A program made the position numbers and the translations under genes. The notes under the pieces were generated by a model, which was not told where the DNA came from, did no database searches, and was given only the letters and a program-made list of their open reading frames with translations. A stretch of 57,098 nt of DNA from a virus (Duplodnaviria > Caudoviricetes): the IMG/VR virus record IMGVR_UViG_3300042934_000352, positions 1 through 57,098 of that record. One strand, given 5' to 3'. Below are positions 28,901 to 38,758 of this stretch, one piece after another. The first letter of the stretch is position 1. Each line of letters opens with the position of its first letter.

Positions 28901-31900
28901 CCAGTTACCATCCAAGTTATCTTGAAATTTAACAACTGCATCACTGTAATCTTTTAGAATACCGTTAAACTCACCGCTATTTAAGGCTAGTAATGTATTA
29001 TCAAAAGCTTTGCTAACCTTACCAGAAGTCATTTCTGATTCAGCGACAAACAATGTGAAATCATTGATAATTCCATTTGTAATTTTATTGGAATTAGCTC
29101 CTAATGCTTGATTGGCTTTAATCATTTCCATTGCTGATAAACGATGTGACATTTTAGCAGTTTCTAATTCGCCACCAAGCATTTGATATTTCTCAACAAC
29201 TTTTTCTAGGTCTTTGAACATTCCTTTTTCAAAGGAACTTACCTTTTTACCATCAGCTTGTTTCGCAAGAATTTCCTCATATTTCTTTATTGCATCTTCA
29301 ATCTTTGTGATACCATAGTCATCAATGTTAGTTCCTGTTAGAATCATTTCCATTGCATTTTCGGTATCTTTTATTAAATCTTTGGAGCTATCGTAATTTT
29401 CTTTAGCCTCTGTTCTGTTTTTAATAGCATCTAATTTTTCCTGAACAGCAATCTGTTTTTCTAATAAGTCGATTTGACTTCTAATTTTTTCACTACTACC
29501 GAGTATTTTGTTGCCGTATTGATCTTCACCTACGACAAGTTCAGGCATCAGACGTGCCAATTCATTTCTTACTGAGTTAAACTCTTGTAAGTCTTCAAGT
29601 TTATAATCCTGTTTACTAACAACTTCACTTAATCTCTCATATTCTTCTGCTAGAACGCCAACTTCATTTTTACTAGCTTTATAGCTTTCAGTTAAATCCT
29701 TAGTTTTTCTTTCAAATTCTTCTAGTCGTTCTCTTGCTTTACCCATTGACTTAAGTAGAGCTTCAACACCAAAACTAATACCAACAATAACTGCACCAAT
29801 TCCAGTAGAAATTAGTGTAGCTCTCAATGCTTTAGATGTAATTCCTACAGCAGTTAATGCCCGACCAAACATATGTGTTTCAGCAGCCATTAATTTTACT
29901 TGTGTTCTAAATGTTGTACTCATCAACATTGTAGAAGTTGTGATTAATCCCATTATTAAAGGTAGTCCACCAAGGTTTTTCACTAACCAAGTAACACCTT
30001 CTGCAACTGTTTTTAAGCCTTTCATTGACTGAATAAATCCCTCTGTAATGAATGCCTCTCCCATACTCAAAGCTAATTCCTCGAAACTTTGTTTCATTAA
30101 ATTAATTCTAGCTTGAAGTGATTTCATGTATTGGTCATTCTCACGAGAAGCAGAGCCTAAACTATCCTTTGAATCGGTTAACATTTTCTCAAATAAATGC
30201 CAATTATCCAATAGGGCGGTCATTCTACTGATATGATATTTACCAGCTAAACCTTCCATTACCGCAGCTTTTTCAACAGTGCTAATGTGTTTTACTTTTT
30301 CAGCAATTTCACTGTATAAATCAACAGCGTTACGCATATCACCAGTATTTTGATCAATGAATTGTACATTCAACATCTTCATCGCATCTTGTGCTGGTTG
30401 ACCTAAAAGACGAGGGAGGACACTTTTCACAAAGTTACCAACCTCATTACCACTTTGTTTAGTGGCAGCCGTTACTGTTCCAATTATCGCATTTAGTTGA
30501 TCCATATCTAATCCAAATGCATTAGCAGTCGCTCCAGCTTTTGCCATACCTTGTGCCAATTTTTCTACAGTTGTCTTTATGTTCCATTAAGTTCGCTACA
30601 CTTAATGCGTTCTCTTATGAACTGCTACATGTCGCCATATAGAACAGACTATATCAAAAACTCAATGAGTTCCTTCCCGTTTCCCGTTTCCCTATCCGAA
30701 GATAGCCCTCAATCGCTTAGGGGGTACGTCTTTCGACTAGTCGTTACACCTTCCTCAATAGAGGCTTGGCTCGGTATTATCTCAAGAGACTTTCACCGAA
30801 TTAGAGAAGTTTAGATATGGTATCACTACCATAAATGCCTAATATTAAGCGTTTTTGTTAGAAATATTATTCCAAGAATCTATAACTTTCATGGAATTTT
30901 TCGTTTCTAAGTTAAATTGCACCATTGCAGAAGTTAAATATTCGGCTGCTTGGCCTGCTGAAACCTCACCTACGTTTGAGGTAATTAGACCTGCTTCCCC
31001 AAGATTAATTAAGTCTTGTTCCTTATAACCTTGTCGAGCGAATTCACCATATGCGTCTAATACTTCGGTCAATGTTTTACCAAATTTAGCAGCACTCGAA
31101 CTAGCATTGTCCATAATTTTAGCGAAATTTGTCTCTTCCGACATTACTTTTTTCAAATTCGTTAAACGAGTATCCACGTCAATTATTATTCCGACAGTAC
31201 TCTGAAGTGCCTGAATTGACCCATAAAATGCCGTTGTAGCTGCCATCCATTGTTTGTATTAATTATCAATCGTGCTTTTGATAACTCACCAATTAAGGTG
31301 ACTATATGTTTCCATATAGACTAGACCATATCTTGACATTTACATGTCCTTCCCGTTTCAGCTCGCCATTTGGCACTTGCAAGCCTACGATACTCCCAAT
31401 AAGGTTTCTCTGGTCGTTGAGCGTTCCTCTATTCAAGGCTTCGTTGCTGATTGCCCAATCCATTTAATTTTCAAACATTCACGCTTAGGCTTATTTCATC
31501 CTTACGTTGTAGTTTAAATGGCTCTAAGGGGTTTCCAGCAGTTAAAGAAGTTTTACTCCTGCATGAATTTTACAGGAAATTTAACCATCGCTGTTCTGAA
31601 TGCATCCATCATCGTCATTGATGAACGTGCAGTTTCTTTCGCTGAATTTTGGAAACTTTTTAATTGCTTCTCCATATGTTTAAGCGAATTACCAGCGTTA
31701 GTAGCAGTAGGGTCAATTTTTTCTAATGACTTTATTAATGCATTTACACCTGAACCATCAACTGTTTTTGAATGTGTTCTGAGTAGGTTTTTAGAATTCG
31801 AGATAAGCTTTTCTTGTAACGTCTTATTGTCGGCTTCTTTATTGAGATTGATGACAGCCTGACGTACTTTATCAATTTCTTTAGCATTCCTAGCACCATT

Positions 31901-32536
31901 GATAGCGTTATTTAACTTATTAAACATATCAGTAGTGAGTTTACCTTGATCATATAGCTTAACTAAAGATTCTCTAGTTTTATCTAAAGTTTTACCAGAG
32001 GTGTCAGCAACAGTGCTACCTGTTACTTTTCTCTCGTTGTTGTAATTAATAGTAGTACCAATACTACCATCTTTAAAAGTTTGAGAGCCACCAGTTAAAT
32101 TACCTTTACCATCAAACTTTTGTACTTCTTTTTGCTTTTGTCCTAATTTAGTAGTGGCGTCTATTAATTCACCAACAGCTTTGGTTTCCTTTTTAGTTGA
32201 TTCGGTACGCTTATCGGTTATGGTTTTTACTTTCTCAATGATTTCGCCACTTTTTAGATACTGTTTTGTTATTTCTTTTGTTACTCCATTGACATCCTTT
32301 AGGATTTCTTTCTCTTCCCGTATAACCTTATTTAAATCTTTAGCAACAACTCTATGATTTTCCATTGCCTTAGAGAAGTCAGTTAGAGTTTTTACGATTT
32401 TGTCATCTAATTCAACATTCAATTTAAGTTTGTTAATCTTTTTTTCGATACCCTTTAATGCAGTGTTGATCTCACCGATAGTAGCACCAACATTAAGCGT
32501 ACCAATTATTTTTAATCTTAAGTCGTTTCCTGCCAT
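25958..32536 (-). CDS. tape measure protein, ~1993-1994 aa, three exons: 32536-31572, 31247(or 31250)-30848, 30574-25958
   Basis: Three ORFs join in frame after removing two group I introns: ...AMVKFPV(W)MAATTAFYG... and ...NNISNKNA|TTVEKLAQGMAKAG...; TP901-type TMP motifs and long coiled coils. Confidence 0.88.
30575..30847 (-). ncRNA. group I intron (ORF-less, 273 nt) in tape measure gene
   Basis: 5' splice after U of AACGCU pairing with GGCAUU; P4/P6 AAUUCGGUGAA...AAUACCGAGC; P7 AACGACUA / GAUAUAGUC; ends in G; removal restores frame. Confidence 0.9.
31248..31571 (-). ncRNA. group I intron (ORF-less, 324 nt, or 321 nt if it ends at 31251) in tape measure gene
   Basis: P1 UUCCUGU / GCAGGAG with U.G at splice site; P4 AACUGCUGGAAA...AAUCAGCA; P7 AACGACCA / AAGAUAUGGUC; removal restores frame. 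Confidence 0.9.
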
Positions 32537-32577
32537 ATAGACGCTCCTTTCTTAAAATAAAAAAAGAAGCGTCTAAG

Positions 32578-33264
32578 TCAGACACTTCTTGCTTCTTGAT
32601 TCCTATGAATGATTACTGTAAATATGCGATACCAATTTTCAACATTATTAATGATGTCTTGATTTTTTTCTTTTGTTGTATCTAATGCTAACTCACTAAA
32701 GTAGAAAGGAATAACTATTCTAGGATTTAGGAGACTATTCACAACAATTTCTAATGATAATTCTTTAATATGTTCATTAGATTTTGTTTTTCCTCCCATA
32801 CCTCCTATTAATGCACCTAATCCACCTGCTATAATTCCACCTGCAACACCTCTGATGATTTGCGATGAGGTAGAAGTGGTTGTAATTGTTTGTTTATTTT
32901 TAATTACTTTCGCTTCAATGATAGATGAGAAGGGGATGGATTCGAATGTGTAGTCTTGCGTATATGGTGATTTAGTAAGGATTGCTAATCTCATCTTTTC
33001 ATCGTTTATTCCGATTACTTGTATTTGATCATATGAAATTCCTTGCTTACTTGGAGTAAAGTCATTATCTCTGAAAGCTTTATTGATTGCGTTAGTGGTG
33101 ATGATTTCTTGGTCTGAGCTAATTTTCCTAGCTAGAAAAATAAAACCAATCAACGATACAAATCCTAATCCAATTATGAAGAAATTACGCAATGCGATTC
33201 CTATGCCAAGGAACAAGAAGAATGAAACAATACAAGTCCAACCGATTATTTTAACATTGTGCAA
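32578..33264 (-). CDS. membrane protein, moron-like (possible superinfection exclusion)
   Basis: Two N-terminal TM helices, glycine zipper GVAGGIIAGGLGALIGG; TATAAT box upstream and terminator downstream. Confidence 0.55.
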   Translation of the reverse strand: MHNVKIIGWTCIVSFFLFLGIGIALRNFFIIGLGFVSLIGFIFLARKISSDQEIITTNAINKAFRDNDFTPSKQGISYDQIQVIGINDEKMRLAILTKSPYTQDYTFESIPFSSIIEAKVIKNKQTITTTSTSSQIIRGVAGGIIAGGLGALIGGMGGKTKSNEHIKELSLEIVVNSLLNPRIVIPFYFSELALDTTKEKNQDIINNVENWYRIFTVIIHRNQEARSV

Positions 33265-33337
33265 TGGAATTCACCTCAATAGGTTTTTTTTATTCCATTA
33301 TATACAATATTTAGGTAAAATAAAAGCCACCTAATAA

Positions 33338-34624
33338 TTAATTAGATGACTTCTGATAAATAGTATTTGCTCTCATAAAATAAGGTAAGATTATATTCTT
33401 ATTTAATTTTAGGTTATTGATTGACAATATATAATTATAACTATTGTAATCTTTAAGAATGCCATTGTTCTTAACATAGTCAATTATTAGCTTTTTGCAT
33501 AATTCTGGATTGTCATTTATATCTTTTTCCCATAGATACAAGATATTTACATTGTGATATTTTTTAAGATAAGTGTTTTTAGACTTATCTCTAATAACAT
33601 CTTTCTTTTGGATATCATGTAAAGAATCATAATCTTTATATTTAATTGGATTAGCGTGCCAATAGTCACCCATTACTTCAATACCCAAACAATTTTCTTT
33701 ATTATAGAAATCTAATACATAATACTTGAATGGAATTTCTTCTTCAAAATTCATACTTAATTCGTCAACAATTTCTTTAATTTTTATTTGAATTGACGTG
33801 TTAGTTTGAGGGAATTCACCATTTGCTATACGGTTGGCAGTGACAATTCTCATATGTTCGATTTGTTCTGGTGTTTTTGCTACACCAAATTGAGGGTGTT
33901 TTTCACCAACATAGTACATTGACCTAAATTTATAATAGCATTCTTGAGAACAAAATTTATCTTTGTTATTTTCTTTTCCCCATTTGTACGTTTTGTATTC
34001 TTTGTCGCACACTGTACATTTGGTTTTTATATCTTGATAATTATACATTTTGTCACCGAATAAATTTTCACTTCTAAAAGTTGCATAGCAATATCTTGAG
34101 CAAAAATGCCACTTATTAGTTTTAACTTTAGATTCATTCACTTCATATTCATTACCACAGTGGTCACACTTAACTAACTTCTTATCTTTTTTAGGATTGG
34201 GATTATGTTTAACAAGAGTGTCTTTAGCAACACAGCTTCTTGAACAATAGTGTTCACCATGTCCTTTAAATTCTGATGGTTTTTTATCAAATACTTTTCC
34301 ACAAACCTTACAATTTGTCTCAATACTTGTTTTTCTACTTTTCCCACGTAATTTTGCAGTTCCAGTGCGAGTTTCCCATATCCCTCTACATTTCGCATTA
34401 CAAAAATGATTGGTAGAATTTATAACACTTCCATACCTTTTATCGAGTATCTTATTGCAATTATCACATTTAACTTTTATTATTTCGTGTGAATTGGAAG
34501 ATAAATGTTCGATTGGTACGATTAATTCATCATGTAGTTTTGTATATACATATCCAAGTGATTCATAATGTTTTCTATTTGCTCCAACCCACTTCACTTT
34601 AATAGATTGATTAGGTAATATCAC
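33338..34624 (-). CDS. free-standing endonuclease: conserved N-domain, four CxxC..(F/Y)C(S/N)xxC repeats, Vsr/DUF559-like C-domain
   Basis: Repeats such as CKVCGK...HYCSRSC; C-terminal LDFY...IEVMGDYWHANP...RD..K...ILYLWE. Confidence 0.8.
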   Translation of the reverse strand: MILPNQSIKVKWVGANRKHYESLGYVYTKLHDELIVPIEHLSSNSHEIIKVKCDNCNKILDKRYGSVINSTNHFCNAKCRGIWETRTGTAKLRGKSRKTSIETNCKVCGKVFDKKPSEFKGHGEHYCSRSCVAKDTLVKHNPNPKKDKKLVKCDHCGNEYEVNESKVKTNKWHFCSRYCYATFRSENLFGDKMYNYQDIKTKCTVCDKEYKTYKWGKENNKDKFCSQECYYKFRSMYYVGEKHPQFGVAKTPEQIEHMRIVTANRIANGEFPQTNTSIQIKIKEIVDELSMNFEEEIPFKYYVLDFYNKENCLGIEVMGDYWHANPIKYKDYDSLHDIQKKDVIRDKSKNTYLKKYHNVNILYLWEKDINDNPELCKKLIIDYVKNNGILKDYNSYNYILSINNLKLNKNIILPYFMRANTIYQKSSN

Positions 34625-34664
34625 TCAAACCATCTCCTTTATTATATCTCCCATATATAAAGTA

Positions 34665-34732
34665 GGCAGACGTTAGTGGGGGAGATGGTATCCACATAAA
34701 CAACAGGTAGCTAATCCGTTGCAACGTCTGCC
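34665..34732 (-). ncRNA. structured 5' leader RNA (AUUAGCUAC-loop three-way junction), copy 1
   Basis: Outer stem GGCAGACGUU/AACGUCUGCC; hairpin CAACGG-AUUAGCUAC-CUGUUG; hairpin with loop complementary to the downstream SD. Confidence 0.65.
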
Positions 34733-34770
34733 AAAGTTGAAACCTAAATTAATAATATGTATATCACATT

Positions 34771-34989
34771 CTAATAATCTATAAACTCCGTCAATTCAAC
34801 ACTATCAGCCTCATAAGTTTCCACTTTAAACCGTTCACCATTTCCTGCGATAGCATACAATTCGAATACAGCAATTCTGAGAGGATGGAGCTTAAAGTTG
34901 GCTTCCAATAACGCTAAAGTTTCATCTGTGTTTTGGACAGGTAAACTGATATTGAGTGTTACTTTACCGAAAACGTGATTTTGATTCAT
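34771..34989 (-). CDS. hypothetical protein
   Basis: 72-aa ORF downstream of a TTTACA-17-TATTAT promoter; no SD in front of the ATG. Confidence 0.5.
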   Translation of the reverse strand: MNQNHVFGKVTLNISLPVQNTDETLALLEANFKLHPLRIAVFELYAIAGNGERFKVETYEADSVELTEFIDY

Positions 34990-35109
34990 ATTAAATTTTA
35001 GGAGGAATTTAATACAAGTAAGATACCTTGTTGTTAATTATAATACCTTAACCTTAATGTATTGTAAAGTATTAATCTATAAATTTTTCCATATTATATT
35101 TTAATTTTA

Positions 35110-35170
35110 TTGCACAAATATGCATGTTTAATTTATAATAAGTTTATAAAGGGTTAATTAACCTTCTATA
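35110..35170 (+). promoter_or_regulatory. sigmaA promoter with downstream inverted-repeat operator
   Basis: TTGCAC-18-TATAAT (35110-35139); imperfect IR TTATAAAGGGTTAATTAACCTTCTATAA. Confidence 0.55.
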
Positions 35171-35207
35171 ACGTTATAGAATATTAAGGTATTAAATAGG
35201 AGGATGT

Positions 35208-35459
35208 ATGGCTAAAAAAGTATTGAAAAACCGAACGCAAATCACATCAACGCTTAGAAATGAATTAAATAATGAGTTAAAGATATTATCAGAAGAAACT
35301 GATATTCCAATATCTAAGCTATTAGATCAAGCGGTAGAATTACTTATTGAAAACAAAAGAGGAGTCCAACGTGACACTCAACGTCATCTAGCTCCACAAG
35401 GACTAGAAAGAGACACAAATAAATATCACATTGACATTAACCTACCCGTTAACGACTAG
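35208..35459 (+). CDS. ribbon-helix-helix DNA-binding protein
   Basis: LKNRTQITSTL...L..LSEETDIPISKLLDQAVELL (RHH_3-like); only + strand gene inside the late region. Confidence 0.8.
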   Translation: MAKKVLKNRTQITSTLRNELNNELKILSEETDIPISKLLDQAVELLIENKRGVQRDTQRHLAPQGLERDTNKYHIDINLPVND

Positions 35460-35483
35460 CCTTTCTCAATGGAAGGCTTTTTT
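35459..35483 (+). terminator. intrinsic terminator
   Basis: GCCTTTC-TCAAT-GGAAGGC followed by T run. Confidence 0.65.
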
Positions 35484-35549
35484 CTTTTAATTTCAAGTTG
35501 ACAGTCAAATCAATTCAACTGCCAAATTCAAATAAAAGGGGCGTTTAAA

Positions 35550-36578
35550 CTAAATATCATCCAAACTCTTTTTCTCTACTTTCTTAACTCCTTCAGAAGT
35601 GAAGAATTTCGAGAAATCATCCTCAGCTTCATTGTCATCATAAATTTCAATCATGTCGATAGATTCCCATCCAAAAAACTCTTTAATAATTTTATCCGGA
35701 ATGTTATTTGCTCTAAGTTTAGTAGTTAAATAGTGACGTAGGGAGTGGAAATAAAAATCCACACCTAAAAGCTTTGAAAATGAATTACTCCAACTCGAAA
35801 GGGTAGTATCGGAAGCAGGAATCCACTCTTCATTTCTCCTAGTTACAAATAAATCATCAGTAGTTATACCTAATCGCTCTCTTTCTTCCATCCACAAGTC
35901 GAAATATTCTTGGAATCCTGACTTTAAAACGAATTTATGTTTCTCAGCACCATTACGACCTCGACCCTTAATTTTTATCTTTATCGGAGTTTTGTAATAT
36001 GCATTATTTTGAATATATTCTTCCTTAAAGAAACTTACTTTGAATCTCAACAATTCGTTCAATCTAGCCCCTGAGTTAGCTGCTAAAGCAAACACACATG
36101 CTTTTTGATATTGTTTAGTTTCAACTAAAGATTGAAGTAAATTATTTACTTGTTCTGCGGTTAAAATAGTTTTCTCACGAACAGGTTTCTTTTGGGGCGA
36201 TTCGATTTTATTCACTATATTGCGAAAATCAGGGTATAGATCATCCATGATATTTTCAATAAAATTACAAAGACTACTCAAACAAGACTTTATACGTCTT
36301 GTTCTATTTGAACTGTGACTCCATGAGTTTATCGAGTAACCTTGAAATGCAATTATGTCACGTTTATTCAAGTCACCAATGAAACGATTACCACAATTAT
36401 GTAAAAGAAATATAAATATAATTCGCATATCATTTTCGTATTGTTTTATTGTTCCGGGTGATTTGTCCGTTGACATTAAATAGGTCTTCCACTCTTGAAG
36501 TAGTTGCTTATTTTGCGGATTAACTTTTTCCCAATCCGATTCATTAAATATTCGATTGTAAACTGTACCTCTAGCCAA
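35550..36578 (-). CDS. tyrosine recombinase embedded in tail operon
   Basis: SAM-like N-terminus; SGARLNEL (R), KGRG (K), HSLRH (HxxR), FFGW (W), MIEIY (Y): full catalytic set. Confidence 0.9.
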   Translation of the reverse strand: MARGTVYNRIFNESDWEKVNPQNKQLLQEWKTYLMSTDKSPGTIKQYENDMRIIFIFLLHNCGNRFIGDLNKRDIIAFQGYSINSWSHSSNRTRRIKSCLSSLCNFIENIMDDLYPDFRNIVNKIESPQKKPVREKTILTAEQVNNLLQSLVETKQYQKACVFALAANSGARLNELLRFKVSFFKEEYIQNNAYYKTPIKIKIKGRGRNGAEKHKFVLKSGFQEYFDLWMEERERLGITTDDLFVTRRNEEWIPASDTTLSSWSNSFSKLLGVDFYFHSLRHYLTTKLRANNIPDKIIKEFFGWESIDMIEIYDDNEAEDDFSKFFTSEGVKKVEKKSLDDI

Positions 36579-36595
36579 TTCTTATTCCACCTCCA

Positions 36596-37120
36596 TTAAT
36601 TACCATAACTATACGTTTCACCAGTTACGTCTTTACCACCGTGATACACTTGAACTACTAATCCATGCTTGTTACTTCTGTTAAACTTCTCTACAGCATT
36701 CGTGACATAATTCGTACCTTTGAAACGAGTAAAGTTTTCTATATCTAATGTAGAATCCAATTTGTTCCGCCAACCAGTGTTGAGTAACCAAGGAGTATAT
36801 CCGTCAGGCTGACCTTCACCAAATACAGAAGGGTGGTTAGCTAATCCATCATCAAAGTAAATCTCAATACTCCAATTATTAATACTTATTTTCTTAGGCT
36901 CACTTACTCGGAATGATTGTAATGTACGTCCAGTACGTTCATATACCACAGGGTCATATGAATTGAAATAAGCGTTTAATTCATCTTTGAGTAGTTTTTC
37001 TAATTCCTGTGCTGATTCACGAAGAATCTTTTTTATGCTAGTTTCATCTAATGCAGTAGCTTGACCTTTACTACTGTTGATCCATTTTTCTAATTCACGA
37101 ATATTATTAAATGTCGGCAT
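36596..37120 (-). CDS. phage morphogenesis protein (tail-completion-like)
   Basis: Y.P.VYERTG motif; position in tail operon. Confidence 0.5.
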   Translation of the reverse strand: MPTFNNIRELEKWINSSKGQATALDETSIKKILRESAQELEKLLKDELNAYFNSYDPVVYERTGRTLQSFRVSEPKKISINNWSIEIYFDDGLANHPSVFGEGQPDGYTPWLLNTGWRNKLDSTLDIENFTRFKGTNYVTNAVEKFNRSNKHGLVVQVYHGGKDVTGETYSYGN

Positions 37121-37644
37121 TAAGCATCAACAACTTCCGCTTGAGCTAAACTCAAATTCTTAAACAATTCAGCATTCTTAATTTCCAACTTCCCAAACTC
37201 TTCTTGCATTTTCTCCGTCATTTTATCCATGTACATAGACGTTGCACCAAACTTAGCTAGGTGATCAAATACTTTTCGGATTTCAACAGGGAGGAAGATG
37301 TCATCTATAATTAAGTCGAATAAGCCTGCGTTAATGATGGATTCCATTTCATTGATTTGACCAACAAAAGTATCAGCTTTCAATTGGCTCTTTAGGTGAG
37401 TGAAGTGCTTGATGCACATGAACAGGATATAGTCATGGTATCGTTGTGCTGATAATTCAATTTCTTCGTCAACTTGACTTAGGATTGTTTGAATCTCAGT
37501 CAACATTGACTTAATGAGTAGGGGAGGGAAGGAAGGGTAAAATGTGATTGTGCTGCCATTGTCGAGCGTGTATTGTTCAAGTGTGTTGGTTTCTTTGGCG
37601 ATTTGTTTGATTGTGGATAGTTTAATGTCTGTTTTCTTGGACAT
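37120..37644 (-). CDS. probable tail assembly chaperone
   Basis: 174-aa helical protein between major tail protein and TMP. Confidence 0.45.
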   Translation of the reverse strand: MSKKTDIKLSTIKQIAKETNTLEQYTLDNGSTITFYPSFPPLLIKSMLTEIQTILSQVDEEIELSAQRYHDYILFMCIKHFTHLKSQLKADTFVGQINEMESIINAGLFDLIIDDIFLPVEIRKVFDHLAKFGATSMYMDKMTEKMQEEFGKLEIKNAELFKNLSLAQAEVVDA

Positions 37645-37699
37645 GTTGATTCCTCCTTGTGGATTCCTTTTTGGGCAAATAAAAAAAACATCCTATTGG

Positions 37700-38722
37700 T
37701 TAGGATGTCTGTGAATATAATCTATCAAAATAGTCCTTATCCATTCTTATTAGATTACCGAAATTATAAGTTAATATATTTTTACCTAATCTAACATAAC
37801 CTTCGTCTATATTAATCTCTGAATTTGTACCATTATCATTCACGTATTCTAAACATTTATAAATTGCATCTAGTAAAATATCTTTTTCTGGTAATTTATC
37901 TCTGGTAGATACTAATCTAACAATCTTGTAACCTCGTCTTTTTAAATAGAATTCTCTTGCTATTTCTTTTTTATCAAATTCTTCATCTGTTAAATTACCG
38001 AACTTCACTTGTAGTCTATGACCGCCACCATCATATTCAAAAGCTATGTTGTCATTTAATACAATATCTATGTAATAATTCCCTAATGGATAATTTAATT
38101 TTCCACCTAATAATTCATGTAAGTATTTTTGGGTTCTTGATGTAGGTGCAGTATTGTTTTTGAAAAGCGTTCGTTTACTTTTTCGTTTAACTTCTTCATT
38201 TTGCAAACTATACTCAACACCGTATCTTTCTATATTAGTGTTTATTTGCTTTTGTCTAATTTCAGGGCTTTGAGCAGAGTATTCTACACCATAACGTTCC
38301 ATCATTGTAGATTTCATTTGATTCTGTACTTCTTGTGATTGAGCAGGATTTTCTACTCCATATCGAATGATATTTGTTTTCTTTATTTGGTTTTTCACAT
38401 CTTCTAATTGGAGTGTAGATTTCACACCATATTTGATCATGTTAACTTCTTCAGACTTAATAAACTTACACTTTTCACAAGCACATTTATTAACATATTC
38501 ATGATTTTTTACTCTATTGGTATAGTCATTCATTTTCATAAAATATACGGTATCACAATAATCACAAATAACTTTAACGTCACGATGACTTTTAGAAGAA
38601 AGGTCTTTTTGCTTAATGAGAAAAGGTTCGCCAATTTTTGTGAATATATATCCCTTTTGAGTATAGATTGGTTTACTTCTTCTTTCCCAAGTCATTTCAA
38701 TCAATTCATCTTCCAAGAACAT
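37700..38722 (-). CDS. free-standing endonuclease: conserved N-domain, (K/R)YGV repeats, DUF559-like C-domain
   Basis: Start at ATG 38722 with AAGGGAA RBS; four (K/R)YGV repeats; YYIDI...FEYDGGGH. Confidence 0.78.
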   Translation of the reverse strand: MFLEDELIEMTWERRSKPIYTQKGYIFTKIGEPFLIKQKDLSSKSHRDVKVICDYCDTVYFMKMNDYTNRVKNHEYVNKCACEKCKFIKSEEVNMIKYGVKSTLQLEDVKNQIKKTNIIRYGVENPAQSQEVQNQMKSTMMERYGVEYSAQSPEIRQKQINTNIERYGVEYSLQNEEVKRKSKRTLFKNNTAPTSRTQKYLHELLGGKLNYPLGNYYIDIVLNDNIAFEYDGGGHRLQVKFGNLTDEEFDKKEIAREFYLKRRGYKIVRLVSTRDKLPEKDILLDAIYKCLEYVNDNGTNSEINIDEGYVRLGKNILTYNFGNLIRMDKDYFDRLYSQTS

Positions 38723-38758
38723 AATATCATTCCCTTCTATGATTTCCCTTAAATTAAT

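Noticed and set aside
26355-28925. Multiple + strand ORFs opposite TMP (and similar shadow ORFs elsewhere, e.g. 1936-2220, 39619-39918, 56199-56564)
   Set aside because: Antisense shadows of well-supported genes; no RBS or recognisable motifs.
30551-31862. + strand ORFs 30551-30814 and 31518-31862 as intron-encoded proteins; TMP as a pseudogene
   Set aside because: These ORFs are antisense to the intron cores with no nuclease motifs; TMP frame is restored by splicing.
35208-35459. IS200/IS605 remnant suggested by the RHH gene
   Set aside because: No tnpA/tnpB sequence adjacent.
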